A stretch of DNA of 64,000 nt from contig CANNFT010000004.1 of assembly GCA_947503895.1 (NCBI GenBank), positions 324,871-388,870 of the forward strand, written 5' to 3'. Numbering within the stretch: the stretch's first letter is position 1; each line of letters opens with the position of its first letter. Of the stretch, positions 33,625 through 43,278 are shown piece after piece. The translations under genes were made by a program, and so were the position numbers. Below the pieces are notes generated by a model. That model made no database searches and had not been told where the DNA came from. It saw only the letters and a program-made list of their open reading frames with translations. Source of the DNA: an uncultured Saccharospirillaceae bacterium (GTDB lineage: Bacteria > Pseudomonadota > Gammaproteobacteria > Pseudomonadales > Oceanobacteraceae).

Positions 33625-35433
33625 TTGCCAAAACACGATGCAAAGCCGTCTTCTAGATTGGATCACATTTTTTCTTATGTGATCCCACCTCGTTTTTTAT
33701 TGAGCGAATATGCTTTTCACGCGAAGGTACTGCTGACCTTTGCTGTGACGGTGGGTGGTCTTGCGATCACCATTTTGATTGGATTGACGTTTCACGAAGG
33801 AACGGTACCGATTCGCCGATTAATGACGGTTTTCTTGGCCAGCTTGTTATTGGCCGCTGTCTTACTTGTTCGTTGGGTTCCTCGTATCGAAATTTTGGCT
33901 TGGTATGTTATCAGCCTCTCTCTCGCCATCGTGTGGTACGTGGATTTTAATAACGTCTCTGTGGTGGGCCCCAATACTGTACTGTGGATCGTACCTTTCT
34001 CGCTCACGGCACTGGTGCTAAAAGGTCGGCAGCTTTTATTTATGCTTACATTTATTGCCGGTTTGTTTGTAACGAATGTTTCACTATTGTTTTCTGATCG
34101 CTTGCCCAGCCCAATCGTCAATCCCATGCTTTGGTCAAAATTGGAAGCAGTTTACTTACTGTGCGCCGGCGTGGTGGTGGTAGTGTGCACCAGTGGCGTT
34201 GCCCGACTTGCGAGAGAACATATGGTGCAGTTGCAAGATGAACTCAAACAAAAACAAGAAAGAATTCAAGAAATAAATGAACTCAAAATTAAAGCCGAAG
34301 CTTCTACTGAAAGTAAATCCATGTTTCTTGCGACGATGAGTCACGAACTAAGAACACCACTTAACAGTGTTATCGGTAATGCTCAATTGCTCGCTAAAGC
34401 CGAATTGCCCGACAAATTAACACTTCGCGTCAATGATATTTCAGTAGCGGGTAATCTTTTATTATTTCTTATTAACGATATCTTGGATTTTAGCCAATTA
34501 GAGCATGATGAGTTAAAGCTGGTAAATGAACCCTATAATCTGAGCGCCCAGATATCAGACCTGTGTCGAATGATGGAAAGTCGGTTGCACCAGAATGTTA
34601 AATTAAGCATCGTATTGCCCGATAATCAGGTTGTAGTGAATGCTGATCAACACCGAATAGCTCAAATTTTAATGAACCTCCTCTCCAATGCTATTAAATT
34701 CACTTTGAAAGGTTTTATTAAAATATCTTTAAAGGTCGATAATACATCCGATGTGGTGTTGATTTTTGAGGATACGGGAATTGGAATGACGGACCAGGCA
34801 ATGGCAGAGTTATTCAAACCATTTTCACAAGTATCGGGCAAATCTTCAATTAACGTCGGCGGCACAGGGTTAGGTTTGGCCATCGCGAAGGGCATCACTG
34901 ACAAGTACAATGGCAGCATTACTGTTAAGAGTGAAATTCAAGAAGGCACCACTTTTACATTGCGAATACCGAATATTGTTTGCGCTGTGTCGGAAATTGA
35001 GCAACGGAAAGCCCAAAGCGAAACTGAGCATTTAAGAATCGAAGAAGTATTACAAGATAAATCTATTTTGGTCGTAGACGATATAGAGATGAATTGTATT
35101 TTACTTGAAGACATGTTGCTCACATTGGGCGTATCACATGTATTCATTATGAACAGCGGGGAGGGTGCAATTGAATTTATTCAACAGCATCCCGAAACAC
35201 ATTTAGTGCTAATGGATGTTAGAATGCCGCTGATGAGTGGCATTGAAGCCACGATTAAACTTAGGCAAACCGATTACCATGGGTGTGTGATAGCCGTGAC
35301 TGCGAATGCAACCCTAGCCGACCGAGAGGCGTGTCTGCAAGCAGGAATGGATGACTTTATTTCAAAGCCCATATCACTTGAAGAATTGCGTAGCGTATTG
35401 GAACGGATATTTTCAGCACCAGCCAACCGCTAA
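33625..35433 (+). CDS. Orphan hybrid sensor histidine kinase (multi-TM, HisKA-HATPase-REC)
   Basis: Several N-terminal TM helices; MSHELRTPL, NAIKFT, DTGIG, GGTGLGL; REC LMDVRMP..KP; TTG start uncertain. Confidence 0.88.
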   Translation: MPKHDAKPSSRLDHIFSYVIPPRFLLSEYAFHAKVLLTFAVTVGGLAITILIGLTFHEGTVPIRRLMTVFLASLLLAAVLLVRWVPRIEILAWYVISLSLAIVWYVDFNNVSVVGPNTVLWIVPFSLTALVLKGRQLLFMLTFIAGLFVTNVSLLFSDRLPSPIVNPMLWSKLEAVYLLCAGVVVVVCTSGVARLAREHMVQLQDELKQKQERIQEINELKIKAEASTESKSMFLATMSHELRTPLNSVIGNAQLLAKAELPDKLTLRVNDISVAGNLLLFLINDILDFSQLEHDELKLVNEPYNLSAQISDLCRMMESRLHQNVKLSIVLPDNQVVVNADQHRIAQILMNLLSNAIKFTLKGFIKISLKVDNTSDVVLIFEDTGIGMTDQAMAELFKPFSQVSGKSSINVGGTGLGLAIAKGITDKYNGSITVKSEIQEGTTFTLRIPNIVCAVSEIEQRKAQSETEHLRIEEVLQDKSILVVDDIEMNCILLEDMLLTLGVSHVFIMNSGEGAIEFIQQHPETHLVLMDVRMPLMSGIEATIKLRQTDYHGCVIAVTANATLADREACLQAGMDDFISKPISLEELRSVLERIFSAPANR

Positions 35434-35440
35434 TTAATCG

Positions 35441-35482
35441 TAAAACCGTTATTAGATGCCATTAAGCGTAATAACGGTTTTA
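35441..35482. terminator. Bidirectional terminator-like hairpin
   Basis: TAAAACCGTTATTA / TAATAACGGTTTTA perfect 14-bp arms between convergent genes. Confidence 0.7.
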
Positions 35483-35495
35483 TAGACAAACTCGA

Positions 35496-35777
35496 TTATT
35501 CGTAGGTGCACAAATAAGCGGTTTCGACACTGACTTTTACGCCGAATTTAGCGTTAGCATCCACGTTAAAGTGTTCACCTTGAGAAAAGGTTTTCCACTC
35601 ATCCGATCCTGGTAACTGAACGGTTAATGCACCACTCACGACGGTCATGGTTTCTTTTTGGCTGGTGCCGAATTCATACTCACCCGGTGCCATTACGCCA
35701 ACCGTTGCAGGTAGGGTTTCGGACTGAAACGCGATAGATTTAACGTTGCCATCGAAATATTCGTTTACTTGGAACAT
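35496..35777 (-). CDS. ppnP: Pyrimidine/purine nucleoside phosphorylase (YaiE)
   Basis: [39 protein letters not shown]; start set at the second Met. Confidence 0.92.
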   Translation of the reverse strand: MFQVNEYFDGNVKSIAFQSETLPATVGVMAPGEYEFGTSQKETMTVVSGALTVQLPGSDEWKTFSQGEHFNVDANAKFGVKVSVETAYLCTYE

Positions 35778-35918
35778 CAGTAGATTCCTCAACCATCAGG
35801 CTGGACAATTTAGGGACGCGGATTCTAGCACCCGAGCCACAATCTTGACCAGTGATGATCACATTAGTGCTGCACCATTGAACCAGTAGACAGATGGGGT
35901 CGATTTGAAGTGGGTCGC

Positions 35919-36464
35919 TTATCGCGCGAAGGCTGCCAGTTCTTTATTCACTTCTGTCCCAGTCAAGTGATTAGCGTAGTTCGATAAACTTTTCAGCATA
36001 TTGCAGACCAATAGATCCATGACATTTTCCTGTGTGAACCCAGCGTCTAGAAATTGATCAACAATGGGTTCTGGGACGAAGCCGCGTTCGTTCACTATGG
36101 ATTGAGCCAAGGCGACAAGTGCGGCATCCTTTTTGTCTTTGATGGTGCTGTTAGTCCTGATGGCCTCGACTGTTTGTGGATTGGCCTTATGGGCTTGCGT
36201 GCCCCAACTATGGGCTGCGACACAAAATTCACACTGATTAACGACACTCATGGCCAATAAGGCTATCTGCACGTTGGCGGGAGTTAAGCTGCTGTGGTTC
36301 ATTAATTGGTCATTAATGTGGAGGTATGCATTTAATGCAACGGGACTTTCAGCAAGGTAGCCGTATAGATTGGGAATAAAGCCATAACTCTTTTGGATAT
36401 CTGCGAGCGTGTGCTGGGTGCTGTCCGGGGCGCTTTCAACCGTGTGGTGCTTAAAAGTAGCCAT
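35919..36464 (-). CDS. AhpD/carboxymuconolactone decarboxylase-family protein
   Basis: YGFIPNLY, SVVNQCEFCVAAH (CxxC-x3-H). Confidence 0.85.
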   Translation of the reverse strand: MATFKHHTVESAPDSTQHTLADIQKSYGFIPNLYGYLAESPVALNAYLHINDQLMNHSSLTPANVQIALLAMSVVNQCEFCVAAHSWGTQAHKANPQTVEAIRTNSTIKDKKDAALVALAQSIVNERGFVPEPIVDQFLDAGFTQENVMDLLVCNMLKSLSNYANHLTGTEVNKELAAFAR

Positions 36465-36653
36465 CTTGTTTCTCCATTGTGTGGGTGAGTGGTGATGATC
36501 TGTACTTGAGCTTTGTCATAGCCTATGCTTCGATGGATGTACGATCCATGCTGATTTATGCATATTTGTTGTCTTTCCGTTCATTTAATCTGCGGTGCTG
36601 TCCGGTTTTAGATTTATCCGCGGAAGTTGCTGGGCAAGCTTTAAAGGTCAAAA

Positions 36654-37541
36654 GTGGATAATTTTTCTGAACTGTTAAAAATGGTGCGACTGTCAGTAGA
36701 ACTCTACAACAACACCCAATTTTGCGGTAATTGGCAGGTTCGTGAGCACGGTTTAGGGAGCACCTGTTTTCATTTGGTCACGGTTGGTGAATGCTGGCTA
36801 GCGTTTCCCGATGCACAAGCGCAACGGTTAGCGGTAGGCGATTTGGTTTTATTGCCGAAAGAAGTGCGTCATAGCATGCACACGGTTGAAAGCAGCGTTG
36901 ACCCAATGGCCACCAGAGCGATCGACCCCAATGCGGAGGGCACCGCTTTACTCTGCGGTTATTTGAGGTTTGAACATAATCTTTTTGCTGTGCTGTTGGA
37001 TCAGCTGCCTGAAGTCATTGTGATCCGTCGCTCTGAAGTTGATTGGCTAGAGCCACTTTTACATCAAATCATCCATGAAAGTATGCACGTTGAAGCGGGT
37101 AGCGCAGAAGTACTCAATCGCCTGTCTGAGCTGTTGTTCACTTATGCGCTGCGTCATGTGCTCAATGCCGAGCAATCCACAGGCACCTTTTTGAAATTGT
37201 ACGTAGATGAACGCGTTGGACCCGCTATTCAAGCGATTCACGCACAGCCGGACTATCCATGGACCATCACACGTTTAGCGGAGCAATGTGCGATGAGTCG
37301 AACGTCGTTTGCACAGTACTTTAAACAGCTCTGTGGTTGGACGGTGAATGGGTATCTTACTTGGTGGCGGATGCAGCTAGCTTGGAAAATGTTGTCGGAT
37401 CATCTGCCGACGGGTCAGGTGGCGGAGGCCGTGGGGTATCAATCTGAGTCGGCTTTTTCGCGCGTCTTTAAGAAAACATTTGGTATGCATGCCGGTCATT
37501 TACGGCGTGCGAATACGCCGCTTAACCGGCATGGTGAGTGA
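36654..37541 (+). CDS. AraC-family regulator with Cupin_6-type sensor domain (RclR-like)
   Basis: FHLVTVGECWL, LLCGYLRF, YQSESAFSRVFKK; divergent from the AhpD gene. Confidence 0.85.
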   Translation: MDNFSELLKMVRLSVELYNNTQFCGNWQVREHGLGSTCFHLVTVGECWLAFPDAQAQRLAVGDLVLLPKEVRHSMHTVESSVDPMATRAIDPNAEGTALLCGYLRFEHNLFAVLLDQLPEVIVIRRSEVDWLEPLLHQIIHESMHVEAGSAEVLNRLSELLFTYALRHVLNAEQSTGTFLKLYVDERVGPAIQAIHAQPDYPWTITRLAEQCAMSRTSFAQYFKQLCGWTVNGYLTWWRMQLAWKMLSDHLPTGQVAEAVGYQSESAFSRVFKKTFGMHAGHLRRANTPLNRHGE

Positions 37542-37544
37542 AAA

Positions 37545-37715
37545 GAGGAAAGAATGGCGGCTTATGATTATTATTCCGCCGAAGCCTAGCGCTACCTCAG
37601 TTGGCTGCTGCAACACTGTCCGCTAGTCCCTTGAAAACGCTGAGAGGCTCTGCACGTTTTCCTCGTTTCCATCTTTCTTTTGGTTGCCTTCCTGAGCACT
37701 CACCTATTCAGGGTG
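37545..37715 (-). ncRNA. Candidate Rsm/Csr-type GGA-rich small RNA
   Basis: Six GGA motifs within 37575-37692 on the minus strand, one in a TGCT-CAGGAA-GGCA loop; weak terminator-like 3' end; ends are estimates. Confidence 0.3.
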
Positions 37716-37959
37716 TGTATACATGCGCCTTTGCAGGGCAGGAGCAGTTTACGGTCGCTGGCTTACGGTTTTATGACAGTGACGGCATGAACGACCACGA
37801 CGGCATGAAGGGTGTGAGGAGTATGCGGGTCGTGGTTCAAAAACTTTATGTCTCGCTGACTTCCTGATAATCTCGGCCACCGATTTGGCTGCGCATATTC
37901 ACAAGACAGCCGATGGGTCACTCATTACTCAACTTCCCCCTTAAGGCTGCTTTTACGAC

Positions 37960-40257
37960 ATGCATTTAACACCGGAACAGCAACGTGTCGTTGAACATGA
38001 TCAAGGCCATGCAAAGGTCATTGCGGTCGCAGGAGCAGGAAAAACCACCACCTTAGGCCATTTTGTAAAGGCTCGACTAGACGCCGGGCAAAATCCGCGT
38101 CGATTGCTGGTGATTATGTATAACAAGTCCGCTCAGTTGGACTTTGCTGCTAAGTTAAAGCGATTAGGCTCGGTTCTAGCTGTGCCTCAGGTGAGAACGT
38201 TTCACTCGCTAGGGCTTAAAATTTATCAGAGTTTGATCAGCGAAGGGATATTGCCAGCGATTCAAGGCGATCTCATCTCTCAGGGTGAAAGTGACGCGGT
38301 GCTTTGGCGGTTGATGCAGCAACTGGCACCTAGCGATTTAAGCAAAGATATTTTGGAGCAAAAAAAGAAATGGATTGAACCCATGACAGCGTACATGGAT
38401 CGCGTTAAAAGCTGTTTGGAGCCTGCTAGTCTCGTATATGAAGAAATGGATTTACCCAGCCAATGCAAATTCTTTCCCGACGTATTTGAAGCGTTTGAGC
38501 AATGGCGCAAACGCAGTGGCCGCATTAGTTTCAATGATATGTTATTTGATCCCGCTATGTTGTTTTCTAAGCGCCCAGACGTTGCTGCTCGGTATGCCAA
38601 TCATATGGACTGGATTCTCGTTGACGAATATCAAGATATAAATGCAATCCAACAGTTTTTGTTGCAAACGTTGGCAGGGCATCGTAGTCAAGTCATGGTG
38701 ATCGGGGACCCAGACCAAACTATTTATGAGTTTCGGGGGTCACGACCTGAATACATGTTGAATGTATTTGATGAAGAATTCTCTCCCGCCACCGTGTATA
38801 CGCTCAGTGAAACGTTTCGGTATGGACATCAAGTTTCTTTGCTGTCAAATCAATTGATTCAGGCCAATCAAGGTCGACCGGATGTGCTATGCCTGTCACA
38901 TGCATCTAACCCCAAAACGCGGGTTGTTCAGCATGTGCATGAAGATTACGGCCAACAAACGTTAGCGATTGTTCAGCATGCGCTGACTCAGTTTCCTGCT
39001 CATCAAATAGCGATTCTCAACCGGCTTTGGGGGATTAGCGCACCTGTAGAATTGGCTTTGTTAGAAGCGGATATACCGTATCAATTAGATCATTCGAGTA
39101 CGGTTTTGGATCGCATGGAATTGCAACCGTTTTTATTGTTGTTTGAAATGGCATCGGGTGTATTTGCTGTGCGTAGTCCACGAGCAAAAGTACAAGCGTG
39201 GCAAACGATTTTGACCTTACCCTATTTAAAAGTGAAACGCAGTGTTCTGGAGGATGTTGCACACTACATGAGCCGTGTTGATGGGCAGTTTATGGAGCAT
39301 TTTAAAAAAATGCGGCATGAAGGCATCAATGTGTGGCAGTCACAACAAATCGAAGCTCGCATTGAAATCACTCAGCTTGCAGAGCAAAACCGAATTCGTG
39401 CCCACCAGCTGATTAATCGACATGTGAGGGAATCTGATTTTTTCAAGGGGTTGTCTGACTCAGCGTTTAGTCGCCAGCAGGTAGATGATCGGATTGCCAC
39501 GGTACAAGCATTTTCGCGTTTTCTTGCCCGGTTAAACTTAATGCCAGCGGATGCATATGAGCATATACAGTTGCTAAAGGCGCGTCGCTCGGAGCAAGTA
39601 AATCGGCAAAGAGATCAAAAAGATCAGGCCGCACAGTGTATTGTGATTAGTTCGATTCATAAAGCGAAGGGACTAGAATGGCCTGTGGTGATCATCCCAG
39701 GATTGACGGATCACAATTATCCCTATCTGCCCGAAAATGAATTTAGTCAATCCAGTACAGAAGATGGGGAAAGGCGGCTGCTGTACGTCGCGATGACAAG
39801 AGCACAGCGGGAGCTGCACCTTATCGTGCCCCCCACCGGTGAGGAGCAAGGTATCCATGCAGATATCAGTGAATTTGTTTCTCAAATGGCAGTAGAGGAT
39901 TTATTGCAATTAAGTGAGCGAATTGAAAACGGTGGAGGTGTGTGTGCTGTACCGCGCCGAGCGGCCCATACCGCTCAACAATATGTCCGTGCTTTGAATG
40001 CCGGTGTGAGTATAGAACTGAAAGCCATTCAGCGGCCCATCATAAAAAAGACATCGACTTCGAAACAAGCACGACAGAGTGCTAGACACCAAGACATGGC
40101 TTCTGAACCCGTATCGTCTCAGCCGATACGTCATGGAAAATTCGGTTTAGGGGAATTAAGAAAAGAGGATGCACGCTATTTTCACATCTACTTTGAAGAT
40201 GGTCAGCTGCGAGTGCTCGACAAGTCCATCGCCGCAGCTGCCATTGAGTGGTTATAG
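37960..40257 (+). CDS. SF1 UvrD/Rep-like helicase (accessory paralogue)
   Basis: AGAGKTT, VDEYQD, GDPDQTIYEFRG, SIHKAKGLEW, ERRLLYVAMTRA. Confidence 0.9.
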   Translation: MHLTPEQQRVVEHDQGHAKVIAVAGAGKTTTLGHFVKARLDAGQNPRRLLVIMYNKSAQLDFAAKLKRLGSVLAVPQVRTFHSLGLKIYQSLISEGILPAIQGDLISQGESDAVLWRLMQQLAPSDLSKDILEQKKKWIEPMTAYMDRVKSCLEPASLVYEEMDLPSQCKFFPDVFEAFEQWRKRSGRISFNDMLFDPAMLFSKRPDVAARYANHMDWILVDEYQDINAIQQFLLQTLAGHRSQVMVIGDPDQTIYEFRGSRPEYMLNVFDEEFSPATVYTLSETFRYGHQVSLLSNQLIQANQGRPDVLCLSHASNPKTRVVQHVHEDYGQQTLAIVQHALTQFPAHQIAILNRLWGISAPVELALLEADIPYQLDHSSTVLDRMELQPFLLLFEMASGVFAVRSPRAKVQAWQTILTLPYLKVKRSVLEDVAHYMSRVDGQFMEHFKKMRHEGINVWQSQQIEARIEITQLAEQNRIRAHQLINRHVRESDFFKGLSDSAFSRQQVDDRIATVQAFSRFLARLNLMPADAYEHIQLLKARRSEQVNRQRDQKDQAAQCIVISSIHKAKGLEWPVVIIPGLTDHNYPYLPENEFSQSSTEDGERRLLYVAMTRAQRELHLIVPPTGEEQGIHADISEFVSQMAVEDLLQLSERIENGGGVCAVPRRAAHTAQQYVRALNAGVSIELKAIQRPIIKKTSTSKQARQSARHQDMASEPVSSQPIRHGKFGLGELRKEDARYFHIYFEDGQLRVLDKSIAAAAIEWL

Positions 40258-40662
40258 GCCGTCTTTTTCTGCGGCTTCAACCCATTCTTGAACTTCATTG
40301 CTTAGATACAGTTGATCCAATAACTCTGCTGCCCAATCTGCATCATTTTTAATTTTATTTAGCATCAAGACAGCTAAAACCTGCAGTGCTTCAATCTCTG
40401 TCCAAGCACTGGTGTGTAAGCAATGCCAATGATTGACATTGATACGCTTGGGTTTTTCAATTTGCTCTTGGCAATTTTCACAGATAAAAACACAATGCTC
40501 AAATTCGGGCTCTTTCGGAATAGGTGGAACCTCGAAAATGGATAATTTAACACCATGTGCACTGCATAATTCACAATGACTTTTGGAGCGGCGAGCAAGA
40601 TCTTTACCGAAACTGGTTAATTCGCTATGTCGTGCTTGATGCTTGTCTAACCCTTTGGCCAC
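40252..40662 (-). CDS. PhnA-like putative zinc-binding protein
   Basis: LARRSKSHCELC, ICENC, HWHCLHTSAW pattern; GTG start. Confidence 0.7.
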   Translation of the reverse strand: MAKGLDKHQARHSELTSFGKDLARRSKSHCELCSAHGVKLSIFEVPPIPKEPEFEHCVFICENCQEQIEKPKRINVNHWHCLHTSAWTEIEALQVLAVLMLNKIKNDADWAAELLDQLYLSNEVQEWVEAAEKDGL

Positions 40663-40948
40663 AATTATTTTTCCTGTTTTACTTCGTATAGCACATTGAA
40701 ATGCGCTTCAATTATTGCGCGTTCTGTTGATTAATCATTCTATTGTACGCTGTCCGCGTGAGTAAATCTCAATAATTTATGGGTTATATTGGCTATAACC
40801 AGAACGTCTGGAGAATTGCCTATTTAAAATACGAGCGTAAGAAAGCATGGCAGTGCTCGTAAATCTCTTACAGACATCTCGTGTATCGACTTCTATACTA
40901 CAGCGCTCAGAAATTAGTTCTTTAGATGAATATTACAGGTGAAAATGA

Positions 40949-42166
40949 ATGCAAGTGAAAGCCACCTCCTCAATAGGCTTTAATGAATTTATCGCCCTCA
41001 TGGCATTGATGATGTCACTTGTTGCATTAAGTATTGATGCAATGCTGCCCGCGTTACCAGAAATTGGTATGCAATTAAAGGTGGTAGATGCCAACAACAA
41101 TCAATTGATTGTATCTTCTGTTTTTTTAGGCCTAGCCATTGGTCAATTATTTTACGGTCCGATATCTGACAGCTTTGGAAGAAAGATTCCGGTTTATATT
41201 GGTCTGGTGTTATTTACATTGGGCTGCCTGATTTCGCTTAATGCACATAATTTAGAAGTTATGTTGGTTGGACGTTTTCTACAAGGCTTAGGGGTGGCGG
41301 CGACACGAACCATCAGCATGGCCATCGTTCGTGATCAATTTGGTGGCGATGAAATGGCTCGTGTTATGTCATTTATTATGGCTGTATTTATTATTGTACC
41401 TGCTATTGCGCCAGCAGTTGGGCAAGGCATTTTGCTGATAGCAAATTGGCAGATGATATTTGTACTATTTATTGTCTTATCTGTTATTACATTATTGTGG
41501 TTTGGGTGGCGTCAACCCGAGACGTTAGTGTTAGAAAAACGACGAGCGTTTACGTTTTCATTATTTAAAACCGGATTGAAAGAGGTCGTCACCCATCCAG
41601 TTGCAATGGGGTATACCATTGCTGCCGGCTTTATTTTTACGCCTTTTATCGCTTACCTCAGCACGTCTCAGCAGGTGTTTCAGGAGCAATATCAATTAGG
41701 TGAGTTATACCCGTTATTCTTTGCAGTGTTAGCATTAGCGATTGGATTGGCTTCATTCTTGAACGGAAGGCTGGTCACGCGTTACGGTATGATTGCCATG
41801 GCAACAAAAGCAATACGCATTATGTCAATTGTATCAATCGGTATGATGGGTTTAGCTTATATTTGGAACGGTCATCCGCCATTTTGGTTGTTGATGGTGT
41901 ATTTCGCGATCACGTTGTTTTGTGTGGGTATAATGTTTGGCAATATGAATGCATTGGCCATGGAACCACTGGGTCATATTGCAGGGCTAGGCGCGGCTGT
42001 GATTGGATCGTTATCCAGCTTAATCGCAATTCCCTTCGCTGTTTTTATTGGCAAATCATACAACGGAACCATTACTCCATTAATTATGGGCTTCGCGCTA
42101 TTCTCTGTATTGGCAATGCTCACGATTCGCTGGGTGAGAAATAAGCAATTGGCCGTTGCTAGATAA
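40949..42166 (+). CDS. Bcr/CflA-family MFS efflux transporter
   Basis: SIDAMLPALPEI, YGPISDSFGRK, about 12 TM segments. Confidence 0.9.
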   Translation: MQVKATSSIGFNEFIALMALMMSLVALSIDAMLPALPEIGMQLKVVDANNNQLIVSSVFLGLAIGQLFYGPISDSFGRKIPVYIGLVLFTLGCLISLNAHNLEVMLVGRFLQGLGVAATRTISMAIVRDQFGGDEMARVMSFIMAVFIIVPAIAPAVGQGILLIANWQMIFVLFIVLSVITLLWFGWRQPETLVLEKRRAFTFSLFKTGLKEVVTHPVAMGYTIAAGFIFTPFIAYLSTSQQVFQEQYQLGELYPLFFAVLALAIGLASFLNGRLVTRYGMIAMATKAIRIMSIVSIGMMGLAYIWNGHPPFWLLMVYFAITLFCVGIMFGNMNALAMEPLGHIAGLGAAVIGSLSSLIAIPFAVFIGKSYNGTITPLIMGFALFSVLAMLTIRWVRNKQLAVAR

Positions 42167-42366
42167 TCAGCGATAGTTCTTGATAGTGAATGGAGTTTAT
42201 TACATTTTTTTATGTTTGAATTTTAATATTACAAAATTTTTTGAGTTCGATAAGGCGGCATTTTTTTGATTGATCGTTTGTGTCGCAAAATTATCATTTT
42301 TATATTGTTGTGGTATAATAGGCGCTGCCTATTAGGCATTAAAATTATAATCAAAAGGACGATTTA

Positions 42367-43158
42367 ATGATCTTTAAAAAGCTTGCTCTTTCTGCTTGTT
42401 TGGTGGCTGCATCAGCCTTTTCAATCGCTGAAGTGCTTAAATTCGAAGCTGATAAAAGTGAAATTAGTAGCAATTCTACTTCACCGTATTCGCGTCTAAA
42501 TTTAGACGATCTAGAAAATATTAAAATGAATCTTGATGTGAATGACAAGGGTATACCTACTCTCACTCGATTGGAGCTTGTATTTCCGTATGCGGATAAC
42601 CTAATAGCAACGAATTTTAAAAAAAGTGATAATAAATTAACAGCGGTTGTTCGAAATATATGGGTTTTTAGGGAAGTATTGGTTGAGCTTGAGAATGATG
42701 ATTTGATGAATCGCAAACATGTTAAAGTTAAGCTTTACTTAGTCGAAAATCAAAATTTGTTAAATAGCGCTACATCATTCATAGATGTAGGGCCAGTGAT
42801 GTTTAATGCAAGTGCAGAGTTGGTTGATATAACCCCGAACCCTGTAGCCGATGTTGTAACTACAGTCGTGGATGGTAAGCGTGCAATTCTTACTTTGTAT
42901 AAAAACCCTGTAGACGAAAATAAATTTCAGGTGAAAATTAAGTGGTTGGGCCACGGCGAAGAAATCGTGTTAATTGATAAGGTGTATTATGATAATTTTG
43001 ATGCTTATGCAATTAATCTAAGATCGGATTATCCTATGCCTGATGAGAAAAGGCAGCTTATCAGCATAAGTTATACTATTGATGATTCAACTCACGAGAG
43101 ACGCACTGAAGAGATTGATTTGGAAGAGCTAATGAGGGGATCATTTCCTCAACGTTAA
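42367..43158 (+). CDS. Secreted hypothetical protein, AT-rich
   Basis: Signal peptide MIFKKLALSACLVAASAFSIA; 263-aa ORF with its own terminator. Confidence 0.7.
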   Translation: MIFKKLALSACLVAASAFSIAEVLKFEADKSEISSNSTSPYSRLNLDDLENIKMNLDVNDKGIPTLTRLELVFPYADNLIATNFKKSDNKLTAVVRNIWVFREVLVELENDDLMNRKHVKVKLYLVENQNLLNSATSFIDVGPVMFNASAELVDITPNPVADVVTTVVDGKRAILTLYKNPVDENKFQVKIKWLGHGEEIVLIDKVYYDNFDAYAINLRSDYPMPDEKRQLISISYTIDDSTHERRTEEIDLEELMRGSFPQR

Positions 43159-43192
43159 TCATTATTTAATTTAAAATTACGTAGTACGTACT

Positions 43193-43229
43193 AAAGCCGA
43201 AAAGCCCTACAAGGTTTTTCGGCTTTTTT
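43193..43229 (+). terminator. Intrinsic terminator
   Basis: AAAGCCGAAAAGCC-CTACAA-GGTTTTTCGGCTTT plus T tail. Confidence 0.85.
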
Positions 43230-43278
43230 GTGGTAGTTTAAATGTTTTATCGGTCAGTCGTGTATTTGGGAGTATTAA

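Noticed and set aside
37601-37867. 88-aa protein-coding ORF
   Set aside because: TTG start without an RBS and no protein-like motif; the region is better explained as non-coding or regulatory
37960-40257. Gabija or other helicase-based anti-phage system
   Set aside because: No OLD/TOPRIM nuclease or other recognisable defence partner is adjacent
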